A program made the position numbers and the translations under genes. The notes beneath the pieces are model-generated. The model was not told where the DNA came from. It was given only the letters and a program-made list of their open reading frames with translations, and searched no databases. Positions 14,001 through 27,800 of a DNA stretch of 64,000 nucleotides are shown in pieces. Position 1 is the stretch's first letter. Each line of letters opens with the position of its first letter. The DNA comes from Antedon mediterranea (Eukaryota; Animalia; Echinodermata). The stretch lies in contig NC_092675.1 in NCBI RefSeq assembly GCF_964355755.1, forward strand, positions 677,812 through 741,811, written 5' to 3'.

Positions 14001-17000
14001 ATTGCTATATTTTATAGAAAAATTAAGATTTGAAAAAAGTAAATATGGAATATAATATTGGTATAAATACTGTAATATTATATTATCAATATTGCAATAC
14101 ATGTTTATCTAATCAAAAAGTTGTTTGCTAGTGAATTATGACTGTGTATAGAAAAAAATGTAACAATATTCTTCAGAATGATTGTACAGTCGACTCCGCC
14201 TAAGTCGAATTCGCGTAAGTCGAAAAATCGCGAAAGTCGAATTTTTAGGAAAGTCCCAATTCTTTCCTATACATTACTGTGTAATTTTTATTTGTAAGTC
14301 GAATTTTTCTAAGTCGAAATTCGTCTAAGTCGACGTCTTTTTGCGGTCCGAATACACACATTCTTTAGTGATTTATATCGTATAAGTCGAAGTCACAAAT
14401 TACGCGGCAACAACGTGCTAAAAAAGCCGATGAAACGTACGTAATTCGAGGGGATAATGTGGGACCATATCGGTTCTCTCAAGCAGGTTGTATAGTATAG
14501 GCGGCGTCCTACAACTCGCGCTAGTGTATAGTGTATGAGTTGTTTGAGAGTTGAGAACTTGAGCGGCGTTTTGTGGGTACCTATTTTGTGATAGACAGAT
14601 GGCAATAAACAATGGATACCGATTACGAATAAAAACCGAAATGTATTTATTATACGTTTTTGTATTGTTTCGGGCTTAAACCATAAAAGAAAATACAGTT
14701 TATCATTGCCGATAAAGAGGCTTAGCATTTATTAGGCCTAGCTAAGCAAACGCAATTCAAGAAGGCTCATCGCGTGGGCCGCGATCGCGACAGGGCAGGG
14801 TCCACTAGGCCTAGCCATAGCGCGGCTAGTGAGTGAACCTAGGCCTAGCATTTTTTTGGCAAATCTGTAAGTCGAAGTTCACGTAACTCGAATTTTTATA
14901 CCGGTCCCATTAGATTCGACTTAGGCGGAGTCGACTGTATTACTGTAATGTATGAACAAACACATGGAAAAATACTTGTATATTGCAGCTACAGTAAACA
15001 GCACAGTTTGTGCTTTGACCTTAATAATAGCAAGGACCATACCAATTTGTACACCTGGGTGGAGACAGGCAGCTACTGTACAGTAAAGTTTGTGCTTTGA
15101 CCTTAATAATAGCAAGGACCATACCCATTTGTACACCTGGGTGGAGACAGGCAGCTACTGTACAGTAAAGTTTGTGCTTTGACCTTAATAATAGCAAGGA
15201 CCATACCCATTTGTACACCTGGGTGGAGACAGGCAGCTACTGTACAGTAAAGTTTGTGCTTTGACCTTAATAATAGCAAGGACCATACCCATTTGTACAC
15301 CTGGGTGGAGACAGGCAGCTACTGTACAGTAAAGTTTGTGCTTTGACCTTAATAATAGCAAGGACCATACCCATTTGTACACCTGGGTGGAGACAGGCAG
15401 CTACTGTACAGTAAAGTTTGTGATTTGACCTTAATAATAGCAAGGACCATACCCATTTGTACACCTGGGTGGAGACAGGCAGCTACTGTACAGTAAAGTT
15501 TGTGCTTTGACCTTAATAATAGCAAGGACCATACCCATTTGTACACCTGGGTGGAGACAGGCAGCTACTGTACAGTAAAGTTTGTGCTTTGACCTTAATA
15601 ATAGCAAGGACCATACCCATTTGTACACCTGGGTGGAGACAGGCAGCTACTGTACAGTAAAGTTTGTGCTTTGACCTTAATAATAGCAAGGACCATACCC
15701 ATTTGTATACCTGGGTGGAGACAGGCAGCTACTGTACAGTAAAGTTTGTGCTTTGACCTTAATAATAGCAAGGACCATACCCATTTGTACACCTGGGTGG
15801 AGACAGGCAGCTACTGTACAGTAAAGTTTGTGCTTTGACCTTAATAATAGCAAGGACCATACCCATTTGTACACCTGGGTGGAGACAGGCAGCTACTGTA
15901 CAGTAAAGTTTGTGCTTTGACCTTAATAATAGCAAGGACCATACCCATTTGTATACCTGGGTGGAGACAGGCAGCTACTGTACAGTAAAGTTTGTGCTTT
16001 GACCTTAATAATAGCAAGGACCATACCCATTTGTACACCTGGGTGGAGACAGACAGCTACTGTACAGTAAAGTTTGTGATTTGACCTTAATAATAGCAAG
16101 GACCATACCAATTTGTACACCTGGGTGGAGAGAGGCTGCAAAGTGTCTTGCCTTGGGATTCAAGCAATGTGACTTATAGTCAAGATCATTAGTCTTTAAG
16201 GTGTAACACACTGCACCACACGCCCTCATATAAATTCTCAGCTCAATAAAATGATGGATATGATATATAAGAAGACGATAATAATAAATTAATATTTAAT
16301 ATATCAACACTTAATTCAACACTAATTTATTGGCTGCAATCCAAATTAATATTTAATATATCAACACTTAATTCAACACTAATTTATTGGCTGCAATCCA
16401 AATTAAATTATCAAAGGTTCATGTAAAGAAAGATGAATCTATGGCTTATAATTAATAAAAAAAATTATAGAATAAAAAATATTTCTTAATGGTCAAGGTA
16501 CCGTGTTGTCACGACCTACTGTGCAGATATAAGGTTCGAATCCTAAACCTATTGCAGAGATCATCAATTACATATTAATATTATAATATGTAAATGTATT
16601 TAAAATCATTTGATATTTATATGTGCAATTAGTTGTAGCATAACATTAATTATAAATGCATGAAATATAATTTAATGATGTTATCAACTTCTAGCATCTA
16701 AACACTTTTCCAATTAATGAAATTCCTGAAATAGAAAATTAACATAAAAATGTATTGCACAAATTACATTGAGTCATCAGTGGATAATACTTACACACAA
16801 TATCGATGGCTAAGCATTCCATACACGTCAATCCTGTCACAAACATCTATTGCAAATAACATAGACATCCACCCTGTTGTAAACCAGGTTTTGGCTTCTT
16901 TCCTAAAAACAGCAAGTGAAAAAACATATTTAACATTCAGGATTTATTATTTTTTGGATATTCAGTAATTACTACTGTAGATGTGATTGTGAGAGATTCT

Positions 17001-20000
17001 TGAAGAGATAGTGGTCCAAAGTCCCTTTGTATTATTCCCAACTACTGTTGAGGGTAAGGGTGTTTCTACAAGCTTGTAGCCTAGATTTTTTTACATTCGT
17101 TTTACTACAAATGGGCAAACATCGTCATGAGCTAGGCTTAGGCCTATTTACCACACTTTCACTGGTGATCTCTAGTTTAGAAAAAGGCACTTTCGGAAAA
17201 AAGAGGGGCTTCTTCAAACCCACAAACCATTTTATAATACTACAGTATGGACAATAAAATAATATCAGTATCACAAGGGGAACAGCAGAGGAAAAAACAC
17301 TGCTTCAGTTTAAATAGTGCACAGACTATTTCAAAATATGAAATTGGTCAATAGGTCCATTTCATGAGGTATTATCGAATTGTCATGTATAACTATTTTT
17401 ACCCATAATTGTTGTTGTTACTTCAATATTATCTGAGCCTATTTATCTTAAGTATTACATCAAAATTCGTCAAAACAGATCCCAAACAGATTCTAAAATG
17501 TTATGGAATTATTAAAAACAATTTCTTTGTCGTCATGATTAAATTGGAGATTTAATATTTTACAGCCAAAAGTTGAGGCTACATGCTAAGGTAAAAACAG
17601 TGACACATGTACTTTGTCCTAAGTGGTCTAGACTGTGATTAGCACCCATTGTATTCAAGGAACATACAAGGAAATATAAATGCCACATTTAGACAATCTT
17701 TAAAAACGTACAGTAGGTAGTCTAATTGTGGTTTATGAACTGTAGGCATATATACAATGTATATATACTGTAGTTTTCACATTCCCTATGTTTTTTTAGA
17801 TCTAATTTAAGGTCACAAACTACATTTAATGTACTGTATAAATAAATACTCTATGTTCCTATTGCGATAGCTTTTTTCCTCTTTGAATGGTTAGAGTAGC
17901 CATATTCTGACCGATTAACTAGACTGAATTTGATGACAGCTGAATCAAAACAAGATTGTTTTACCGGTATTTTTGTTACAAATATATTATATAAATTACA
18001 GAATAGTTTTATTTTAAATATGTTGACTATCAATTGTAGGCATTTGGATGTTCTAACTTTTAAACATCTTGCATCCAAAACTGATAGTGGAAAGCATTGT
18101 ATCCCAACACTAGATTTATTTGTTTGTGGAATACACTACCGGTCAATATTAAAGACGCCTTTGTATGCGGAAGTTGGGTACAATTTAAAAACATGCTAAT
18201 GGACCACTTTAAAAATACTATGCCTCTTTAATGTACAGTATACAATTATGGTATTAATATTACATATTTACATTGTTTTATGTTTTATTGTATGCTTTGA
18301 GTGCTGGTGTGGCACGCCTTATGGCGACAGTGGTCCTTCGACCTCTTTTGCCACTTCTTGGCACACTCAAAGTTTATGTAATTGTTTTAATGTTGCTAAA
18401 ATTGATAAAATAAATGAAAAAAAATGTGAAAAAATACAGAGTTTCCCTCAATTTGTATACTGTAACAGATTCTGGCAAAAACAGAAAGACAATTAATGCA
18501 GCAACTAAACGTCAGGCTAAGCCTATAGCTAGCGTACGATGTTCGTACATTACTGTTCACCAGCTAGGCCTACAAAACTAAGCCTAGCTAGGCTAGGCCT
18601 AAAGACCGTCCATGAGAAGAGACTCACAGCGAGCTACTTAGGTAGTTCATTGTTTCTCTCTTACCATAAAATTACCATAAAACGTACATCTAAGACAAGG
18701 AATAACCTGGTTTAATGTTTGTAAAGTAATTTAGCTTTTTTGCGACCTATTTTAATGTCATTCCATTCCTCAGGGGTCCCTGTAAGCTCAGGGCCCCTAG
18801 GTTTAGACAGTGGGCGCTGATAGCCGTTACATCAATGGTCACAATACTCGACGACCACAACTACGCAATTTTGACACAAATAGTAGAGAAGTGAAATTCT
18901 GTAATATTTTATTTGGCATTATGGGGTTACTGTATATTACTATTCTGATATGAATAATGTACTATAGCCTGCAGGAACCTGTAACATGAAATGAATATAC
19001 ATCATTTGGAAGCAACGGTAGACGAAGGAGATGGTATAAGACAATGAGGCGTGAACGGATACACATTTTCACTTGTCACAGTCTGATAAATTACGACTGT
19101 CGTCCCAAAACGAAAGCTTGCCGAAAAGGAAACATTGTTTTCAGAATATGAAAGATATACATGACAACATTATGAAGTTTATCTGTTCTTTCAATTTCAT
19201 TTCTATTATTATTTTGGGATTTTCCCATTTCAACCTGTAGTTTTACAAAGGAAATAAAAAGTAGGGAAATTATATAATAACTACAAAAATATTATGACAT
19301 ACCTTGTAAAACCAACCTCCTCCGTGAATATATTTTCAACGTCTTCTATCATTTTTGGAGATATAACAAAAAATTCAATGTCTGGATATCGTAATGAAAA
19401 ATTCCGAACTAGATCGTAATATTTATCAGAAGTTTTGTTAATTGTGTCATTGTATAGCCATGGTATAACTGCTTTCTTTGTACGTGTTCTAGTATCCACA
19501 AAAATCTCATCAACTCTTTCTGTCTCATTCATTTTCTCCATGTTAACATGACCAATCACGCGCACTGTTGTTCGTTGGCCAACATCCTCTTCAAAACCGC
19601 GTGTAGGTGCATCATTCATGCGTATAACACATTTTGAACTGTCTATTTTTTCACCAGCACTACGGTTGACTAATCTACCGGAGCTTGTTACAAGGGCACA
19701 CTGGCTGCATCTCATAGAAAGAGGCTAACAATACAAAATGTAAATAGCACAGTTAACAATCTCATTATAATCACATAATTATTTATAATTAAATTATTAA
19801 AATTAATTAAACCCTCAACTAATGTAGATATGGCCTTGTTTGGATCTTGCCTTGTTAGCAAAAGGTTACGGTACAAATCCTGTGACCTAAGCGCCATAAG
19901 CACCATTGTAGGGCTATGCATATATAATAATAATAATAAGATTTATAGAGCGCACATATCCACAAAGAGTTCAAGGCGCTTACAAATTGCTCAATTTAAT

Positions 20001-23000
20001 ATATTTAAATTTATTAAATATTATTAATATTGTCTACTGTAGAATATAATAGCTTTTAATAATAAGCCTATTAATTTCCATTTTTATTTTGTAATGAAGG
20101 AAAACTAAAATCAGTGGAGGTATATCCTAAATGTTGTAGATTAGTTGACGACATGTAATGTAAATAAAATTTAGGCTTTGACTATTAAAATATACTTCAT
20201 AGTACTATAAACAGAAATACTTGAATTGTGGTCAAAATATATTCAATTTCCTATGTTGAAAGTACTATGATTTATGGTTTAGGTATTTATTTTGTTCATC
20301 ACAGATTTTAGTGTGGAAATATTTGTTTTATAGTTATCATAAATCAAAAGGTGAATTACAGAAAAAAAACCGAAGACTGTTACAGGAACAGTAACAGTAA
20401 CCCTTACCTTTTCTGTATCTACTTTATAATATCCATCAACCTGAAATGCGTCTGATGAATTTTTCGCTGATCTTGCTTTTTTTAAAGTCATCCTGCGAAC
20501 TATACTAGATATCAGGTTGTCCATTTTTTCTAAGCTAACCCTTTGTGTCGTGTTTGGTAACGCACCTCCTTTACGTATCCTTGATAATGTTTTATTCCTA
20601 AATTCCTCTTCTTTACTTAAAATATTTATGGGTATAAATTTACTAGATATATTCACTTTGGTTAAATTACTCAACGTTCTGAATTGTTGAACAGGTGGTT
20701 TGGAATTTTTAATATATGCATCTGGATTCTGAGCTAATTGCGATGCGAAGCCGACACCGGATGGTGCTGCTCGTTTGCGCTCTTTTTTTGCGAGTTCATT
20801 TGCAAGAATATACTCTTTTGACCATACTTGGACTATATGAATTCGTGGAGTTTCATTGTAACTGCTTGCCATATAAAGAAACAATGTTGCTATTAAAACT
20901 GCGTTGCACATTACTAAAAGGGTAAATGTTCGGAATGTCTGCAAACAAATAAAGAAAAGTAAATTAATTGGTATACTGTACTGCAAGTATTTTATTAGAT
21001 CAATAAATAAAAGTGGTGTTAGTGTACAGTACATACTGTACAGTGTACACTGACAGATAATACAATTCCTAATATTAAAATAAGAGACATAATAAATAAA
21101 GTGTAAAGCCTCTTCACAATACAGTCAACTCTCCCAATACCAGACTCTCCCAAAACCGGAATTCACGAAAAACCGGACTTTTTTGGAGGGCCCAATTTGT
21201 CCCTATTCTAAATGTACTGTAATTTATTATGAAAACCGGAATACCCAATTCCGGAATCCGGACAAATTATGAAGTACAAAACACGAAAATTAGTCTGAAA
21301 ACCGGACTGACAGTTAAAAAACTGTCGCTGACTCGGATTCAATACATGCACAATGTACAAAAGCTTTTAACCATACCCTGACCATGCATGAAGTGCGCGA
21401 CGTTTCGCGGTACGATCAAATAATGTTGCCATGGAGCGCTACACTGTGATTGACAGGTCAGTTCATTGTTAACCCACGAGGCGGCAATTGCTTTGTTGCG
21501 TATCGAACTGCGGTGGGCTTTTTCACATCGAAGCGCTATTGTTTTTAGCAGGGAGTTGTTAACAACTCCCTCCCTGTTTTTTAGCATATGAATTGTTTTT
21601 TAATAAAGTTCAATTTACATTCCACTTTGTGTCTTTGTTTTGTTTAAATCATTGTTAAATTCACAATTGCAATAGGACTTTAAAAAGGAATGTTTTCACT
21701 AAAAATGTGCATCATTATAAATTTGGAAATCATTATGGCAAAACGGAATGAACTTGACTTAACTAGTGTTAATAAACTTTGAAATGTTACTAATTAATTA
21801 TTGTGTCACTATTGCTGGTCTCGTTTACCTAATCAATTTTCATCATTGCTATCAAATTACGTCAAAATAAAGGAGCTTAAAAAACATGTGGTCTAGGTGT
21901 GGGCGTTTTTATTTGATTATGACACCTCTGCACATGCACATCAATCAAAGCCCCGCTTTGCTATTTTTATCACCCCATGCTGCTGCTGCTGCAAGCTAGC
22001 TCACGAAAAACAATAAACAGACCGAAATTATGTTCACCGTACGTACGTAGGCCTTTTTGCCGTTAAAAACACATTGAGAAACAGTTTACTATTGTAACAT
22101 GTTTTATTGGTACTGTACAGTAAATAATGTAACTTTTAAAAAAGGTAATAATATTAATAAAGTAGGCCTAGGCATATCACTAGCTTGACACAATCATAGC
22201 CTAGGCCTTCCCTACGCTAGACCGTACCGGGCAGCATTCGGACCGGTGATTCAACGCATTTTCAGTGACAACGTGATGACTTTAAAAATATGTTTTCAGG
22301 AAACCGGACTTTCGAAAAACCGGAAAATATATGCCCGCCCAAGGGTGTCCGGTATTGGGAGAGTTGACTGTATTATCCCGGTCATTTTTTTATCAAACAC
22401 ATACAGTGTAGACTTTATACAAGGTACTGTACCAATTTGTACACCTGAGTTGAGAAAGGCAAACATAAGTACATAGCAACACAACAAGTTTTATTTTACC
22501 AAGTGAGTTGTTTGGTTTCTATAGTACAGTAGGTATTAGCAATACCTCAGGGAACTACAGCACTACAACAAAAATAAATGGAGGATTGTGTTGGTAAATG
22601 TCTTCATTGACATTGTGTATTGTGGTTTTGCCCCTGGGTTTACACTATTCTGTGTACATACATGTGGTAACAAAACAGGAATGGTTGACTATACATATAA
22701 CTGTTTGAACATTGGATCAATTTCAAAGTTACCGGTAGTGGATGTTTGGTGATGATGTTTTGTTGCCTAGAGACACAGTACACTGCTACAGTTAACATCT
22801 TCCACCTCTTTTATACAGTACTGTACAGTTTTTCAATTGACATATTAGGTGTGTAGTACACTACATGATTCACTAACTTTTATGTCGGTTCGATGGGTTT
22901 GCTATGTTTTTTGGGGGTTTGCGGGGTTTAGCAATACCTGTGGTAGTACTGTACATTAAGTACAGTATAATTTACATTAAATGAATGCATGAAGCAAGCA

Positions 23001-24890
23001 AGCAAGAAATAACACAATTTGTTATGGAGATGGTTTTCTATGAAAAAGTAATTAGTGATTGTTAATTTGTAACAGTTACCTAGTGTTTAATGAATTATAC
23101 ATGCACTATATCAAACGCGGTTAAGTAATTGATGTGTTATCGTCTTGACTACAAGACAATAATTAACTCCCACTTTCCATATGTATCAATCAAATTGTAA
23201 ACATTCAGTATACTTTACACAGTACACCAATATAAATGTCAGTCATTTTTTTTTTGTGGCATTCATTCTGTAAATATTTTTAAAAGTATCGTATTTAAAC
23301 AAAGAATCTACAGGTATATGTTGCTTTTGGTTTTTATTTTTTTGTAATTTTGCAATATCCAGTAACTGATAGTGCTGTGTACTGTAGTAAAAGACCAAAT
23401 AAATATTTGTTACAGTGTATGTGCATGTCCAGGAATTTACAGAGTTTTTTTTAAAATATTTTTTAAAATAATATCTTTTGTGATGTACACACACCTCACT
23501 AAAGGATCATGCTATATTTTAATTTATAGAAAATTGAATGACCCCTTTCATTTGCTTCATTAATACTGAAAACCACCTTTAAAAAAAAACCAAAACTATT
23601 CATGTGGCTCCTAAAAGTTATGAAGGCGAGAATGTGCCCTTATCCACCCCACCCCCTTCCTAAGCTTTCTTGCTGGTAATATGGGAAGCAGTGTCATAAA
23701 TGTTAAAAACAGGGGGGGAGACGGGTGCGTACACAACCCCCACCCTCCAAAATTGCCAAAGGTCCACATTTTATAGGGTCTTAAAATGAAGAAGTACTCA
23801 ATATTATGAAAATGGTTCAAAATATATTAATCCGCACCCACCCAAATAAAATCCTGCGTACGGCCCTGAATACTAGCTGCATTAATGGAAGTTAAAATTG
23901 ACCCTCAACACAATTAGAAACATCAATTCAACATATACCACTATTGAAAATGTATGGGGGGAATTTATTTAAACGGTTATTATCGATTATTTTTTGCAGA
24001 GGAAACAGAACCACAGATACTGGCAATAGCCTGTGAGAAAGGCCTTGCATTAATTAGACTGGATGGACATATAGGATGGGTGACCCTGCCCTGAACTGCT
24101 CTATTCCTTTCAAAATTACTGTGCAGTACTGGTAAATCTATTTGATGGTAAGGTCAGTGTAAATTTGATAATTAATATTCATATACGAAACCAGTACATT
24201 CTATAATTAAGGAAGTATATGCATGAAAACCAATATTAAAATTGGTAAATCTGAATAATACAGTTAGGTACTAATTAATAACAAAATCGTAAAAAGGAGT
24301 GAACAAAGCACTTTCACTTAGTGTGGCTGGCAAGAAATCAATAAATAATTTTTTTCTGGCATTTTTGCCATGAAAACAAATATTATTATTATTATTTTAT
24401 GATTATTATGGCTTTGCATATAAAAGTATGCGGATAGTGCTGTACAAAAAGTGTTGTAATGGTGAAATCATTAACATACTGTACAAGCTCATGAACAACT
24501 TAGTTTAGTCCAAATGATTGGTTTAATATAGGGATTACCAACCATTCTTTCCCTTAACCAGTAGTAGACTACAGTGTATGGATGGGTGCTGTAAGTGTAA
24601 GTGTATGAATGAGAAAATACAAACAATACAATACAATAGTAACCTCTCAAACAACAGATTCTACAATTGTAAAACAAAAATTATAGTGTGTAAGCACACA
24701 ATTTGTAAGCGTCAAATTAACAGTCAGATAAATCCGTTTATCCATTATTGTATTTAGTTTACAATCTTACCGCACATGACCGTCCACCAGGCCATTTTGT
24801 TCTAACGAGTTCATAAACTCTGGCTAAATCAACAAATTCATCGGGCGAGGCGGCGGTGATGGTGGACGGTAAATCCGAACGGCTTGCCAT
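5073..24890 (-). CDS. GT29 sialyltransferase, ST6GalNAc III-VI-like (alpha-N-acetylgalactosaminide alpha-2,6-sialyltransferase), 5 exons, about 560 aa
   Basis: Exons (minus): 24890-24771 (MASRSDL...GRSCA), 20938-20408 (signal-anchor TLLVMCNAVLIATLFLYM plus stem), 19724-19303 (sialylmotif L: CALVTSSG..IDSSKCVIRMNDAPTRGFEEDVGQRTTVRV), 16902-16795 (sialylmotif S: TTGWMSMLFAIDVCDRIDVYGM), 5574-5073 (motif III HYYE, VS motif HLFMTEK, VFARWA...HPEW). All introns are GT-AG, phases 0/0/2/2 agree, and the total is 1683 nt. Exact orthologue not assigned. Confidence 0.9.
7790..8093 (+). mobile_element. tRNA-derived SINE with L2-type tail
   Basis: tRNA head (GGGCGTGTGGCGCAGTG..GGTTTGAATCC), core TGTATCCTTAGGCAAGGCACTTAC..GTATAAAATTGGTACC, tail AAAGTGCCTTTGAG..GGCACTATATAAATG(TAT)n. 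Confidence 0.8.
11250..12695. repeat. 57-bp tandem array (about 9 copies) split by the Crypton-like insertion
   Basis: TATAGGAGTTAAATGT at 11341, 11398, 11455, 11512, 11569, 11626, resuming in register at 12560-12695. Confidence 0.93.
11642..12559. mobile_element. Crypton-like non-autonomous element with a long terminal palindrome
   Basis: Palindrome of about 75-bp arms (11645-11812) around GAGGCGATGAGCCGA; second inverted repeat TTATATAACATCTAAATAAATTC (11814) / GAATTTATTTAGGTGTTATATAA (12537-12559); no TSD; interrupts a 57-bp tandem array. Class assignment is by architecture only. Confidence 0.6.
13341..13412 (+). pseudogene. Degenerate tRNA-Val-derived copy (anticodon loop TCAATAC), inside a HINE element
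   Basis: GGCTTCTTGGCGTAGTGGTTATCACGTTTGCTCAATACGCAGAAGGTACCTGGTTGGAGCCCGGGCTAAACC followed by a T-run. Val-type D arm; acceptor stem, U33 and B box are mutated. Confidence 0.75.
13623..13694 (+). tRNA. tRNA-Val(AAC)-like gene or pseudogene inside a HINE element
   Basis: GGTTTCG/CGAAACC acceptor stem, anticodon arm TCTGC-TTAACAC-GCAGA, intact A box (TAGTGTAGTGG) and B box (GGTTCGAGCC), T-run after. D and T stems carry mismatches or a deletion, so it is probably non-functional in translation. Confidence 0.7.
14187..14937. mobile_element. Tc1/mariner (pogo/Tigger-like) MITE, 751 bp
   Basis: Perfect TIRs CAGTCGACTCCGCCTAAGTCGAA / TTCGACTTAGGCGGAGTCGACTG, TA target duplication, many internal AAGTCGAA sub-terminal repeats, CpG still intact (young). 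Confidence 0.9.
14985..16226 (-). repeat. 82-bp minisatellite, about 14 near-identical copies, attached to a SINE head
   Basis: TTAATAATAGCAAGG recurs every 82 bp from 15021 to 16087; 16140-16226 is the SINE head on the minus strand. Confidence 0.95.
21122..22370 (+). mobile_element. pogo/Tigger-like deletion derivative, 1249 bp
   Basis: TIRs CAGTCAACTCTCCCAATACC / GGTATTGGGAGAGTTGACTG, TA TSD, AAAACCGGA sub-terminal repeats; inserted into an older SINE remnant. Confidence 0.88.
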
Positions 24891-27800
24891 CGATGTTTCA
24901 CGCTGCGAATTCCTCCCCTCTCAACACACCGTTTCCCACTTATTTTTAAACAAATAAGTCTGTATAGTATATCCAAAATAAATTTTAAAATCCAACAATA
25001 AACCACGTTTTATTACAGTTAAAATGGCAGTCCATTTACACCTTATACTTTCACTCATGCTCAGAAACTGAAAAGTCCGTGTTGAATGCTGGGAAGCAAT
25101 AACAGTATTCGCATATCTCTCTGCTGTATACGTACGTGAGTCCGTACTCAACTCTGCATTCTCGGGTCACTTTATTTGTGGGTCACTGCGGTATGACGCT
25201 CCGAGGTTCTCAATGCTAAATTATTTGGATTTCTTTACATTTTAGTTAATTAATGTCTTTGAATTAATTTTGCATATACTGCATATTATTAAAATTGCCA
25301 AGGGTATATTATAAGTAGATTATAATCTAATAGCAGCCAGTAAAAATCACTGCCTAAAGTCGCCAGAAACCACCAAAACAAAGACAGTAGTTGACTTGTC
25401 ATTTGTTCTTGATAATAATAATTGGTAGCAATCAGTCAAAACAATAATATAAAAGTGGAATATTACGTAAGATTATTTATTTATGATGGTATATAATCAT
25501 GACTGTGACATCACATTTAGAACATTTTCATTATAATTAAGTACGCCTATCTAATTACTTTTTTTAAGACAATTGGGTAATGCAGTGTGATCAACTTTCA
25601 TCATGATTAGTTTTCTTTATTTTTTTATAGGCATTTTAAGTACTTTAAAAAAGCATTTATTTTGTAAAGTCACTGCTGAATGTTCAATGATCAGAAGAAA
25701 ATCCCTGATAATATATTCATAACTGTCAAATAGTAATTTCTGCTATTGGATTCATTGATGTAGAAAAGTGATTGATTGAAAACAATTGTTTAACAGAGGA
25801 TGTGAGTATTGATCAATATAATCAATACCGATTAATAATCGGAGCCTATATTATGAACGCTTTTGGTCGTAAATCAATTGGGGCTCAACAAATAGGACAT
25901 TGGATACGGCATGGAAACAGTAAAATTACAATACTTTTTATTGACACTCAAAACAAAAATGAGAATGGGTCTCAGTGGAAAACGTTTAGTTTGAGCCGCT
26001 ACCGTTGTCTAGTCGAGTGGCGGCAAAACAATCGGAGCATTTCAATTGTCATATCCTGATTTGGTCATAAATAAACCCACGTACTATTTATTTTCGGCTT
26101 TACTCATAAGCACAAAGCTCTGACGTCATAGTCGAAAGTCCAAAACACATCATGTCCTTCGTGTGTCGATAGACGGCCCAATAATATTGATATCATTGAT
26201 ATTGATTGTGGATTGGCGGGTACAGACCGCGGCTATAACATTTTCTAAATGACACAAAAACCTGTTTATACTCCTAATAATAACAACAATACTAGGCAGA
26301 GCAACTAACAACAATATATAAACAACATTCCTCTGAATTTGTAAAATAGTACATTTTTAATAAATTTTAATAATTAAACTTTATTTTTTAGTTGACTTCC
26401 GTTTTGTAGACTTACCCGGTAGTCTTAATCAACATCAAACCATGGACCTAATTTATAGATCCATTCTCCACTTTGAGTTAAGTATTTGCTGCAATTCTAT
26501 TTTTATGTAGGCCTATTTAAATCTACTTGCTGACCGTTTTTATTAATTTAATTTTGTTTATAGTTTTGATGTAATTTTATTTTTTAACTGTTTTATAAAC
26601 GTGTGCCGCTGATCCAAAAACGTTGTTCGAATAAAGTTTGACTTTTTTGAGGCGATTACAGAACATAATAGCGATATTGCATTCTACTCTATAAAGTGCG
26701 CATAGTAAATAACAAGGATAAATAGATAGAATAGAAGTAGATTAAAAGATAATAAGCTGCACAATACGGAAATCGAAACAGTACAAAATTAATATTTAAC
26801 TGGAGCAATGAAACACGAAAGAAACCTGTAAACATCCTTTAGGGATGTTTTCGAGATGGGCTTCTTTTCGAGTTTACTTTTTCAAACTAAAGAGGAGCTT
26901 CTTTGGGAAATGAACGTTGCCAATTTCGTGAATTAGGCTACCACTACAATAATAGAATTTTTTAAACATTACCTGCGAATTTTACAAAAATATGTGATCA
27001 AAATACCATTATAAACTGTAAAATAAATGTATGACAAAGCCGATCATACAATATATCTGCATCACAAGTTACCGAGCATAAAATCACCCTTTAAATCACC
27101 AAATAGTCCATACTATCTTAAACTTAGCTCATGAGATGGGCTTCTTTTCAAGGTTTTATGGTAGCTATGGAGGCTAATGTTTGCAAAAACAGCAGCTGAC
27201 TACTAACTAATGTAATAGTATGTAGTACTGGTAAATCTAGACTACTAGGCCTATAATGTTTCCCCAGATGCATTAATAATGAAGGATGATGTTGTAGCCA
27301 CTATCTGGAATCCATATTAAGAAGCAATAGAAATTTAGAACATCACAGAAATAGTATAAAAAATATGAATTATTATTATTATATTATGAAAATGAACAAT
27401 TTATTTACAAACTCCTAGATGTATACAACTAAAGAGACATAGTGAGCTGTAGAGTCGCGATTGCGTGTGAATAAAAATTGAAACTCAAATACCAACAGAT
27501 TATTTGAAAGTTATTAAAATACTTTAATCATTAAACAAATTTAAAAGAAAAAAGAAATATACAAAAAAACACAAGTTTTGATTCTTATTAGTCTATTAAG
27601 CTCTGTTTACACTATCAAACTAGTTTGACAAAAGTGTGATTTGCCCAAATATGGTAGTGATATGACATCATCATGTCAATACAAGTGCACATCACATCAC
27701 ATTGTTTGTCATATAAAGTTTGATAGTGTATACAACATGTATTCTGAAATCATATTGTAATGAAAACACATCAGGGTCGCCATAGAAATGTGGATTTACA

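Noticed and set aside
14921-16229. Series of near-identical 65-aa ORFs (MYKWVWSLLLL...) suggesting a peptide gene array or CRISPR-like array
   Set aside because: Artefact of the 82-bp tandem repeat: no unique spacers, unit length not a multiple of 3, and SINE-derived sequence.
16485-16550. tRNA-like A/B boxes here and at about 37635-37680 and 62695-62770 (minus)
   Set aside because: No cloverleaf can be formed; they are degraded SINE heads.
24771-24795. Downstream ATG (MAWWTVMC) as the sialyltransferase start
   Set aside because: It ends in phase 1 at the donor, while exon 2 needs phase 0; the ATG at 24890 fits.
25750-26260. CpG-richer intergenic block with TGACGTCA and a small hairpin; 95-aa ORF 25772-26059
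   Set aside because: The ORF has no recognisable domain, and no element ends or RNA family could be identified. It may be regulatory for the sialyltransferase, but the sequence alone does not support a call.
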